In this document: one piece after another, positions 25,201 through 36,800 of the stretch
Layout: every line of letters begins with the position of its first letter
Numbering within the stretch: position 1 is the stretch's first letter
Assembly: GCA_020137815.1 (NCBI GenBank)
Contig: CM035350.1
Span: 6,014,001 to 6,078,000 of the forward strand
DNA length: 64,000 nt
Origin: Hormiphora californensis
Taxonomy: Eukaryota > Animalia > Ctenophora
Direction of reading: 5' to 3'
Notes under the pieces: model-generated
Told to the model about the DNA's origin: nothing
Seen by the model: the letters and a program-made list of their open reading frames with translations, nothing else
The model's database searches: none
Position numbers and translations under genes: made by a program

Positions 25201-28200
25201 TTAATTAATCTATTAAATGAGAGGCGACCAAAATTTTCACTAGTTATATCTGGTTGTACTGGTGCTGGAACGGGATTCTTTGGCTCAAAAATTTTCGAGT
25301 GTGGTTCTGGCAAGGAGTTATTTTAGGAGAATGCTAAAAAGTGGTACAAAGTTACCCCAACTTACGGTATGCACAATGTAATATATAATAGTCTGAAAAT
25401 CCATCTTTTATACTAGTTTTCCTGTGCAAAACCCTTCCCGTGAAGTCCAGTAAATGTTAGTTTTGACTGCATCATATAGGCTCTCATCGCGCCTACCCCC
25501 CTACAGATTAATGGATGAGGTAGTTCACACGTCGCCAACCATTGGAAGTAATGTAGAGGAGATTGTTTGGAGAAATATAAAATTTATAATGTGGGATATT
25601 GGAGGACAAGATTCCCTCAGACAGTCATGGTCAACATACTACAGCAACACTAATGTGAGTTAGTTACCAAACCCCCTTGCCTTGTAATGATTTAGGGCCT
25701 TTCTTAACGAGCTGCACCCTGCAATTGCACCCTGCAATTGCACCCTACAAACTTCTTTCTTAACGAGAGTTTGCACCCTGCAATTGCATCCTGCAATTGC
25801 ACCCTGCAAACCTTCGTTAAGAAAGAAGTTTACAGGGTGCAATTGCATGCTTCACACGTGATAAAATGACGTGGGTGTTGAAGGACATATCCCCTCTATT
25901 TTGTATCAAATTACATGACTGTTCCCACACTCATCTGTGCACGTGACTGGGTCACGTGTAAAAGGTGCAATTGCACCCTACAACTTTCTTTCTTAACGAG
26001 AGTTGGCAGGTGCTTGCAGGGTGCAATTGCAGGGTGTAATAGGTCCTCCTGTTGTTGTTGTTGTTGTTGTAGTAGTAGTTCTAGGGAGAAATTAGAGCCG
26101 AGGAGGGCCTAAAGTCCTCCTCGCCAGCTCCACTGATCTCCCCGGGTCGGACGTAAGTAGGTCAGTGTCGTCCGAGTCGTCCCGAATAACCTCATTCTCT
26201 CGCAGAGGTTCGGGAGCAGTCCTGCATCCAATGTTGCAGGTCCTGTTTGTTGTCCTGGACAGTATGGACATTCCGGGCTCACGCCTCATCTATCCGGTGT
26301 TGGTAGGCTCGGAAACCATTGTGGTGGCCCGATCGGAGACGAGCTATGAGTACCTGGTCCTTTCTCGTCGTTATGTCTTTGTCCGTGTCTTTATTAGTTT
26401 TTGTAGGTCTCTGCAGTCCGCTGGTGTTGTACCGGCTCGTCCTTTATACCCCGCCGTATGTGGGCCTTCACGGCTGCGAAGGATTGGCCTCTCACCCTGA
26501 TTCTCCGTTTCCAGGGTGGTTGCGTCCTTGGCTGCCTTATCAGCTAGTTCGTTACCGGGAACATCCACATGCTGGGACCACTGAATGGTAATGTCTGCTT
26601 TGCATCCACCCATACTGTGTAGTAATCCGGCAATTGTCGATGTCGGGTTTGTACTATTCATGCTATCGCATAGTGATTTGCTATCGGTACAGATTGCACT
26701 CTCCAATACTGGGGTGGGAGTGGAGCCAAAGGACGCTGTCCTCATAGCTTCTAGCTCCTCCTCAATGATGAGGTTGTGCGGTCGTCCTCTAGTCTTGATG
26801 GTGTCAATGACGGTGGGGTTTTCTGGGGGTCCAGTGGTTGCCACCATACCACTGCCTCCGTTGGAAGTACCCTCCTCTGCCGATCCATCTGTGTATATCG
26901 TTACCCTGCCTTGTGTTCACTGATGGTCGACAGTGTGAGGGTTTCCAGGTCATCCGCGGAAGGGTATTTTTTGTCACTCCGCCCGGTAGTGTTTGGTGGA
27001 TGGTCAGTTGTGTTTCCCTCCATCCAGGAGGGGTGTGGAGTAGGAAGCTCCTCTCTATTCTCGAATGTGGCTGGGAGGTGGGATTGGAGGTCTTCAGATC
27101 TGGTCCGGAAGCTAGGCCGTACTAGCCTGTGTGCTACGTTCCCTCAACCGCTAGCCGGCGCGGGTGATCCTGTGGAGATCTGAGGGCCTTTTCGCTGGCC
27201 GTAAGCAGAGCCTCTTGGATTGTGTTGTGTAGCTTTGCACTCCTGCTTCTAGTCTTAAGCTTCAAGGGGGGTGGATCTGTACTGGCCTGTGATTAACGTA
27301 GAGCTTTGTTCTGTAGGTTTTCAAGGGTTTTTCGTGTTGTATCAGAAATCCACGGCTGCCAGGCGCTAGCGGAGTAGTCCAGTACACTTCGGATGTGCGT
27401 ATTGTACACCTTTAGCAGACTGTTCTTCTTCATCCCCAGGTGGTGTTACTGAGGGCTGCTAGGATTCGACACTTGGAGTTGATCTTCTCCTTCAGTGACT
27501 TGACGTGAGGGCCAAAGGTGAGCTGTCTATCCAGGATAACTCCCAAAGTCTCGGTGTCGGGTCATAAGAAAAGATTGATCTCCCCCGCTTGCAGAGAGGG
27601 TCTCCAGTGGGCTTCGTTACTCGATGTTGTAAGAAGGTGCTGACGCTCTTGTCACTCAGTATCATCTTATATTCCCTGCACCACCTCCACTACTATGTCA
27701 ACCGCCCTCTGGCAGCTGCGGGCGGCCTTCCCGAGTGTGGAGCCGATACCGGTGACTGTGACATCGTCAGCAAATAGTGATTGACGCTGTCCTCCGGGAG
27801 TCTCTCTGCAAGTGTGTTTGATATAAAACAGAAATAGCAGTGGGGCCAACACTGACCCTTGTGGTAGTCCTTGCCTGAGGATTCGTATGGAGCTGTGGGA
27901 GTTATTGTAGTTAACTCTGGCAAGTCTATTTGTTCAGAAGCATCGTAGCCACGGAATAAGGGGTTTGGGTACTCCCTTGTTGTACATGGTCAGGAGGAGC
28001 TTATCCCTCCAGACCTTGTCATAAGCCTTGGATAGGTCTAGTAGTGCCATTACTGTTCTGTTGGAGGGTTTGGATTGGAAGCCATCATCTATAGATTGGA
28101 CCAGCCGGAGTATCTGGTCTTCACACATCGTCCTCTCCGGAACCCAGCCTGGAGGCGATGGAACCAGCCCCAGTCTCTGCAGGTGGTAGATTCTGTCCGC

Positions 28201-31200
28201 TATCATTCTCTCTGCTGTCTTCACCACACATGAAGTGAGGCTGATTGGCCTGTATGACGATAGGACCTTGGCTGGCTTGCCAGCCTTCAACAGGGGATGA
28301 TCGAGGCAGTCCTCCAAATCTGGGGCAGATTGTTGGAGTGCAGGGACTGGTTAAAGATGGCAAGGAGTTCTTCCAGGCGTTTGCTCCCCAGGGCTTTGAT
28401 GAAAGCAGGTGTTATGTCATCTGGGCCCGGTGCGCCCTTCTTCTTGCTTTTCTTTATGCTGTCTTTAGCTCCTTCATTGTAAAGGGGGAGCTTGCTGGAG
28501 CTTCTACTTCGTCTTCTCCAGTTGGTTCTTCCTCGAGGATCCGGTTGAGCTTCAGGGTGGTCTCTGTACGTTCTGGTCCGTTATGTTCAGGGAACTAACA
28601 CGGGCGTAATGAAGCAAATATGTCGGCCTTCCTCTTATTGTTTGTGATGATCGGCCGTTGTGGAGCAGGGCTTCGTTTGGGTTGTTGGTGTCAGGGCATC
28701 CATTGAGAACGCACGAGCCTCCATGCTGGGATCCTGCATCTCTGCTCCAGCAAGAGTTTCCTCCCACCGTCCGTTTTGCTTCGTCCATCAGGTTGGCGGC
28801 GTTGTGGCATGCCTCAATCCATTCTTCTCTGTGGTCTTTCACGTTCTCTCTAAGGTGTTCCTTTTTGTCACGGCATCTCTTACTCTGGGTTCATCGTCCC
28901 CTTACGCCTCTTTCCTGGTACTGTTTTCCCTACATGCTTTTCCGCAGCTTTGATCACTTTTTCCTGGAATCTTCTCACCTTCTATGGATGTTTGGTTCCT
29001 CCTCCAAGTCCGAAGTCGTTCTCTTAGCTGCTGTGAAGCTGGAAGGTCAACATTTGCTCTCCACTTGGGAGGTCGACTGATCTGTTGTTGTAGGGCGAGT
29101 TTTGGATCTGATGTTGAATATGATGGGAAGGTGTCAGATCCAGGTCTTGGTCGGATGCCATCTGCTCTATCAGCCCATTTCTTCCCCACGAGTGTTACGT
29201 CGGGGAGCTCTCAGTGCCGTACAGGGTTCACCCTTGTTGGTCTCCCGTCGTTAAGCAGTGTCAATCCCTTCTCTACGATCAGGTCTTCGATGGCTCCACC
29301 CCGTTGGTCCTCTGGCTGGGATCGGTCCCAGAGGGTGGAGTGGGCGTTTAGGTCGCCTGCAATTATGGAGTATTCGTCGGTGGGTAGATGTCGGTCCTCA
29401 GGAGTGTGGTACTGCCTCCCAACGAGTTGTTGGGGGGGCAGTATCCATTTGCGAGTGTCGCCCCGATTCCTCACAAACTTAATCCTCCACCTGATGACCT
29501 CCGTCCCGTCCTTCTGCCCACCCGCAGTCTTTCAAAGAGATTTCGTGCCGGATGAGCGTAAGTAGCCCCCCTCCGATTCCTCCAGCCCTGTCTTGGCGGA
29601 GGGTCGAGTAACCCGGAAAGTGGGGAGTTCTGTCTTGTTTTCTGAGTTTGGTTCTCTTGGATCAGCGATGTCGTTTACTGGGATTTCAGTCTTTCCTCCA
29701 GTTTCGCCTGCTTTCCGGGCTAGTCCACCAGCGTTCCACTGCATAATTCTAAGGGATGTGGTGCTGGTCGTCATTCTAATGGATCGTCTCGGTTGATGAT
29801 GTGTGTTGTTGGGGCGTTCTGGGCTCGGAGACGATCTGTGCAGGGGTCACAGTCCCGTTGGTTGTCCCTTCTAGGACTGCTTCCTGAATGAGCGGGTTGT
29901 TTCAGTGCAACACTTATGGAAAGGGGCGTGGCATGTGTTGCATTCAATTGGTGTAGTGTTGACCTTGATTGTTCTCTGCAGTGGGCACATCTGGTTTTCT
30001 GTCCGGGTTCAGATGAGCTTGGGCTGGGACTAGGGCTGGAACGTAAGTTTGTTTAAATGTGGCTGGGGTGGAGCTGAAGGGGAAGGATGGCTGGTTGTCC
30101 TGGGGGGGATGCTGAAGATGGGGGGAATCTGAATGTGCTGGGTGGGCTAAGTAAGCCATGGCACTGCGGCTATCCGATGAGCTCGACGGGAGGGGTGGTG
30201 ACGGGGGAATAGAACTCGAGGAGGTGGGGTGAATTTCGTGGGGTTGGGGACTCTCCATGGGGTACTAGCGCTCGGGTTTGGTACCCTTGCACCTCTTGGG
30301 AATGATGGAGGGAACTTCTTGAGTTTGGACTATGTGTAGCGCAGAGCCATTTGGATTTGTCCAGCTGGTACCCTCCCTATACCACTACTTTTTTCCTGTT
30401 TGTGTGACCAGCTGTGGCAACTCTGTACACTGCATTTAATGGGGACTATGCCAACTTTGATCGTTTTGTTGCTGTCGAGCAGGTTCTCTGTTCCACCTCA
30501 TGGCTGGAATCCTCTGTGTCAGTAGACTGGTTGAATGGTGACACACCTCCATGGTTGTACATTTCCATACCGTTTTCAGATTGTATCTACTGATTCCACT
30601 ACAGGTTATAGATTGTGGCAGTCTCTGGGCAGCCGGTTGTGGAGCATGATAGGGGGGTGGCATTGGCTCTGATTGTACCGGAGCATGAGTGACTTTAGGT
30701 CCTGGTTTCGTTTCAATATCCCCGCCCCGCAGCAGGAGGAGACCTAGCCAGCCTACTGCGGGTCGAGAAAAAAATATATCGTCTGCTGTCCTTGTATATC
30801 TTCTCTGGGGTTTGTTGAGGTTTTCGGGACTGCCCGGGGCAGTTCCCTTGATGAGGAGCATTCGTTGATCCCCCGAAGAGGACGAAGCCCACCAAACCGA
30901 CGGCAAGGTTGCTCCTCTGTAGGATGGGGTTGTTGGTTGTTGTATGCGCCTCCGCTTCCAATCCTCTACTTGTGATTTTATCCCGTCCGGCAGCCAGTTC
31001 CTCACACGCCCGAGAAGGACGGAGCTCAGGTTCCAGAGTTTCCTCTTTCCCCCGAGAGTTTTCTTCCCTCCGTCTTATGTCCATGTTTTTGGAGATAAGG
31101 TGGAATCGTCTCCCATAACTATCTTAACAGGTCCCATGAAGAGGACCGCACCAGCACTGTTTTCACATTGTGCCAGTCTCGATATCTCCAGCGACCCTTG

Positions 31201-33674
31201 GTGAGTGGCATCTCAGCATTGATCGCTCTAGATTGTGGCCTTGGCTAGACAATTCGGACGCTCCATTGACTATGGCACCTTTGTAGATTTTGCACTGCCA
31301 ACCTCTGATTTGTAATCAGTACTCCATGTGGGTTCAGGGAACATCACTTTTTGTTCGGATGCAGACAGCGTCGTCCGGCCGTTCATGGGGTAGTTAGGCA
31401 GGTTCCTTCCCAATTAACGGAACTCTGGCGTGTGAATATGTTTATGGGTTAGTATCTATGTGCGTCACTCATAGAAATTGTTTTTGTAGCATGGGATAGT
31501 GGTTGTGTTCTGTTTGTTGATCAGGTTTTTTGTGGAGGCTTGTTGTTGGTAGAGAGTGATGATGTTGGTTTGTTACCTTCATCGTTTGGGGGGTAATCGC
31601 CATTTGGGAATCTCCTACGCTTCTCATGGACTTTTGAAGAAGCGTAGGTAGTAGCGAGGCTACTGGTTAGTGTAGTTTCTCCCTGTTGGGCTACGGAAAC
31701 ACCCCTTGAGTTTATCTCGACCTCGGCGTGGGAATTTTGCCGAGAGTCGGTGGTAGCTAACCAGTTATGACCTAGCTTGTTAGACCTTTTATACCTGTCC
31801 AGAGGCTAGGTGGACAGAAGGTAGAGGGGGGCCAGTTGAGATTAGACCTCCTCCAGCCTGGACTTTTGCTGGAGGACGGGTTTTGGCCGGTATTTAGCCA
31901 TCTACTTTGGCCCAGTGCACAAGGCTGGGGAGATGGTGTAATACCGGCCGGGGGTATCTCTATTCAGAGAGAGATGAGTCATGAGCGGATTAGAGAAAGG
32001 AAGAGAGAAAAACACACCACCCAAGGAGGGCAGCTCTGTTTCCTTGGAGTGGTATGTGAGATGCTCCAGGCAGTTCAAGAGCTTCATGGTTTACCCCGGG
32101 TATGCCGGGTCACCCCTGAAGATTCCCTGCCTGGTCTGTAGGACACTATTGCTATCTAAAAAAATAGACATTAGCCGCGGCCTGCATCTCAAGGGCGTGG
32201 GAAGGAATCTCACCCTCCGTCCTCCTGTTACACCCCTACAGGGTGCAAACTTCTTTCTTAACGAGACAGAAAGTGGATTACACCCTGCAATTGCACCCAG
32301 CAATTGAAGGGTGCAATTGTAGTTTTTGTCTCGTTAAGAAAGGCCCAAATGTCCTATCTGAGACAAAGTCCTATCTGAGACAAAGTCCTATCTGAGACAA
32401 AGTCCTTCCTAAATCTTCCTCCACGTACGTGGCCCGGCCCTGACATCAGGAGAGGGGGAGCCACACACTGAATATTTATGTACGGGGCGGGGGCTCAAAC
32501 CGCTGTTATAATTTCCAGAACCGCAACACTATCTTCCTCAGTTTGTGTTTCTAGTTATCGACAGCAGTGACACGGAACGTCTAACTATTGCTAAAGACGA
32601 GCTTTACAAAATGTTGAAACACGAAGTAAGTCTGAAGACTGAATCCTGTTACATCAACGATACAAAGTGATTTGACCCCGATATACCGGGAGGATAAAAT
32701 TCCCCCGATTTAGGAAACTAACAGTATATCACCCCGATATACCGGGCACCCCGATTTACCGGGCGAAACCCATTTGCCCCGAGCATCCCAGTAAATCGGG
32801 GTCTGATCTAGATAACCAAGTTTCAATTTAGTTCCTTCACTCAGGATTTGAAAAAGAGTTCCCTCTTGATTTACGCCAACAAGCAGGACATAAAGGTAAG
32901 ATACCTTGATAGGGATAATTTACTGGTCTAATTTTATCGACTCTCTAGAGAGATGGGGTAAAGAGTCTTTAGGCCCCCATTTCAGCTGTTCAAATAAAGT
33001 ATTATTTATACCTAATATACCTCTTTTTATATACGACGTTTTCAAACTCTTGAGCTAGTGTCAGCCGAGACCATATATTTATTGATGGAGCAGCATCATT
33101 AATACCGATTCCTTTCTAGGATTGTATGTCCAGTACCCAGATTTCTCAGACGTTAAACCTCAAATCGATAAAGGACCACCCCTATCATATTCAGCCATGC
33201 TGTGCGCTCTCAGGAGAGGGGTGAGTTATTAATTTGCACCTGCAGATTCTGTACTGCAGAATGCAACTTATTGCAGACTACTATAACATTTTCCTGTCTT
33301 CTTACTCAGAAATTCGACCACCGCCTCTCTCTATCTGTTAAATGCCTTCCTTTTTAGGATTGAAAAAGGGGAAATTAAAAAGTATATTTCTGGTCTCGCA
33401 CTCAAACTAAAAGAGTGCCACACTGTTACAACTGCTGCTGCAATGCCGGTTGATAATTCCTTACACAGCACTGGTGTGACTTGTATGGAGCGCGCGGCAC
33501 ATTTCTTGTTTGCCAAGGTCCATCGTTTTCGCGCGCCCAGGCTCCAAGCACCTCTCGCTCCCTTCTCTCTCCACTCCGAGCATATCACGTGACTTCCCCA
33601 CCAATAACTCATTGCTTTTCAGGTTGCAGCAGGGTTTGGAATGGGTAACCTCACAAATACGAGGAGGCAGATGA
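22265..33674 (+). CDS. ARL5: ADP-ribosylation factor-like GTPase 5, 7 exons
   Basis: Exons 22265-22310 ([12 protein letters not shown]), 22467-22527 ([12 protein letters not shown]), 25507-25654 ([21 protein letters not shown]), 32542-32625, 32845-32895 (ANKQD), 33120-33220 (CCALSGEG), 33623-33674 (LQQGLEWV). Phases are consistent. Confidence 0.93.
23085..24034. mobile_element. Non-autonomous DNA transposon with long TIRs (ARL5 intron 2)
   Basis: ATAAAAAGGGAGGGTCTTAAATCTTAGATTTCTCC... and its reverse complement at the right end, over about 100 bp. Confidence 0.85.
24047..25369. mobile_element. TA-flanked non-autonomous DNA transposon (Tc1/pogo-like)
   Basis: TIR TACCGTAAGTTGGGGTAACTTTGT / ACAAAGTTACCCCAACTTACGGTA, plus diverged internal inverted arms. 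Confidence 0.85.
25695..32346. mobile_element. Harbinger-like MITE split by a LINE insertion (MITE parts 25695-26053 and 32219-32346)
   Basis: TIR GGGCCTTTCTTAACGAG / CTCGTTAAGAAAGGCCC, with internal CACCCTGCAATTG repeats on both sides of the LINE. Confidence 0.8.
26054..32218 (-). mobile_element. Near full-length Ingi/I-group non-LTR retrotransposon (2A-like peptide, APE, RT, RNase H), frameshifted
   Basis: 11-bp TSD GTCCTCCTGTT at 26043-26053 and 32219-32229, and a (CAA)n tail. APE ([21 protein letters not shown]), RT ([28 protein letters not shown]), RNase H ([22 protein letters not shown]), and [15 protein letters not shown]. Confidence 0.9.
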
Positions 33675-33876
33675 TGATAATATGATTGATATGAAACTCT
33701 ACCCCTCCATTCTTTCTTTATGTGTTCGCATTCAATATGACAAATTCGTGTTATAAAAATCACAAGACACCGTGTTTTTCGTTTTTAAAGAGTGTCGTAA
33801 AAAACCGACAATAAGATCTGTCGTAAAATATAAGTTATCGAGTCCACATGATACACACAATCAGCACAGTTTTCAA

Positions 33877-36800
33877 CTACCCCGGTGTTAGGGGAGATGT
33901 CATTAGTCCTAATCGCTCCAAACACGCCGCTGCAGCATCTGCCTTGGCTTTCCGTTTATTCTTGGCTCCATTCGGCGTCGTAAAGTTGCCAATCTTAACC
34001 GATACCTGGAGGAAGGGGTAGGTTATTAACTGATAAGACTCAAGGAACTGCGATAGGGATATTGTACCCGCCAATTTATGCGAACCTGGAAAAAGTATAG
34101 CTTGTTGTGGGCAGCTCCCTCCTCCTTTATGAGGCTATAATCTGGCTGCTTCCACTTCCTCTTGTGACACACATCAGCGAGAGCGGCCACAGGATGTTTT
34201 CCGCTCATGGTGGTACGGGGTGCTGTCAGGGGCTCTGTGGCCACAGTTGGCATTACATCAGCAAACTTCTTAGCTTGGATCTGGGCCCTCTCTTCAGCAC
34301 TAATTAATCCCGCCTGATCTGTCTTCACCATTATCTCAAGGGGCTGGAGGGATCCTGCCCCATATGCAGACCCGTATGGACAGCCCCGACCAAGGACTTG
34401 CCCCACAATCCATCCCTGTTTCTTGAGGATGGCCATACCAATAATGCTGCGAACTAGAGGCAGCCCAAAGAGCATGTCAGGGCGTGTCCAGGCAGGACTC
34501 TCACTATCCTCCTGCCTTCTCTTCTTCCAGGCACTTGACATTTGGCTTGTTTCCAGCATTCCAATTTCAGAGTCGGTAACTCCACACTCATTCAACTGAA
34601 AAACAGGGGAGTGTCAATAACCCATCATGGTGATCACTGCTCCTCATTTTATAACAGCAGTTAGTGCTGAGAACTATCCCAGTACCCCCATTGATATAAA
34701 GTAGTCCCCCAGTACCCACAATTATAATACTACTCCCCATCTTTTTACCCTCTGTTGGACGGCTTCCATTTTATCCATTAGTTCAGCTGATTCAGGGCTT
34801 TTCACCATATCATGGGCTATCTTCTTTCGTTTCTGCACCAGGCCCTGTATCTCTTCCTAGAGTGGGGGTGAGATGTGAGGGCGGGGGATCAACATATCTC
34901 ACTCTCTCAGCAGGGGTGGGTGGGGGACAAACAGGGTATATATGGGGGTGGGGGCAAACAGAAATGTGATGTATTAGACTTACCCTGTGTCGTTAGAAAA
35001 CCCACGACACACATTTCAGTGATTCTTACCGCACAACGCATGCCTAAATTCGGTATAATTAGTAGCACACTCACTACTAGCACTAAATATAATTGCTCAA
35101 ACCAGGATTATTTAGTAGAGTGGGGCGCTGATATCGGGGTGACTACACAAATATCAAGAAAGGCTCAATACAATGAAGCTACACACACACAATATCTAAA
35201 TGGGATCTGGGGGCCATGATATTATCTTGTTGTGCCATGTGACCTGAGATGAGGGGTAGTTAGGGGATGGAGTTAGGGTTCGGTGGATGGAGACGTAGGG
35301 GAAGAGTAAAACACGGGGAGGGGCAGTAAATTACAATACAAATCAAATTTAAACATAGGGGGGGGTGACAACAAAGGCAGGTAAGAAAAACAAAGCAGCA
35401 ACAAAAACAAATCAAATTCCGCTCGAACCGGCCATATCACCGTCTCCATTTTATCATGATCTCCAGCCGACGAAACCTCTCTCCGTCGCGTCTCCAACTC
35501 CCTCTCCTCATGTTGCGCCGCGCGGTAAAATCCACTTTGCACAGCATGGCGGGGTACATATTGCTAGTTGGGGTAGAGTTACACAGACACACATGACAGA
35601 CAAACCTTGTTGACGAGAATGGCTCGTCCAGACGCCCTCACTGCTCCACCCTTCTCTAGGGCTCTCTTGTGGCCATATCCCTGGCTAACTGGGAATCTGC
35701 TCTCGATAGGCTTCGACTTCTCATCTACAGGGGGCGTGGAATAGCGTGACAGGGAAGGAAAGGTATGGAGACTCAAGAGGTTACAATAACTAGAGGGAGA
35801 GAGAGAGAGAGAGAGAGAGAGGGGGGAGTTATAATGCAACTACTTACTCTGGTAATTCTGGTAAGCCTGTTGATAGTAGTGCATGTAGTATTCACTATAA
35901 TCGTAATCTTTAGCCTGATCTGGGGGGAACTGGTAGCCGGGGGCCCCCTCTGTCCCTTCTTTAGTTTTGGAAGGGGCAGCCTGCCACTCCGTCTCTGCAA
36001 GATCTGCTGCGGGTCTAGTATCAGGTATGTCGGGTAGCCCAGTGTCAGGTATCTCGGGTCCTGCTGTTGGGACAGCTGGGGCACTGTCATCCAGCATTGC
36101 CATGGGATCTACTTCCTCCTCTTGTTTCTGCAACTGCTGGGAGAGGGGGGGGGGGAGGTAATTGACAGGGTACACTATAATACAGTTACAAAGAATGTGT
36201 TGGCAGTGAAAACTTAATTAAAACCAGATATAACCTGTTGCTTTTGTTGTTTTTCTTTCTCCTCCTGGACCAGTTTCTCTGCCTCGTATGGCATTATAGC
36301 AGTTGGTGACTCCTTCTTGCTCTTCTTCTCCCCATACTGAGTCGGTGCAGCCGAGTAGGATTTCTGAAGACAGGGGATCGAGGTTAGCCGCAATAGGATT
36401 GTCAGATACCGGAGAAGAAAAAAACAACAAACATCCAGTTATTCACCCCCCCCCCCCCCCTTATCATATTCACCCCGGCCACATTACCTTGATATCCTAC
36501 CCCCCCCCCCCCCCCCAAGTATAATATCCTTTAATTTACCTTGATATCCTTTAGTGCCTTCCTAATGGCGTCATCGTCCAGGTCCTTGGACCCTTGTAGT
36601 AGTTTCAGGGCCTCCCTTACTGCTCTGGGATCTATATCTGGGGTAGTAGGGGATGCCTTGTTGTTGGTGGTGGTAGCAGATCCAGTGGCAGTAGGTGCAC
36701 TACTAGATGAGGTATGGTGACTGCTGCTGCTGTGGTGGTGGTGATGATGTCCATTTAGTTTTTTAGGACTCGGTCTCCCCGTCTCCCTACTACTACTACT

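Noticed and set aside
36486-36500. 9-nt microexon duplicating the DIK exon end in SON
   Set aside because: On the minus strand it is preceded by poly-G rather than a pyrimidine tract; probably a local duplication or artefact.
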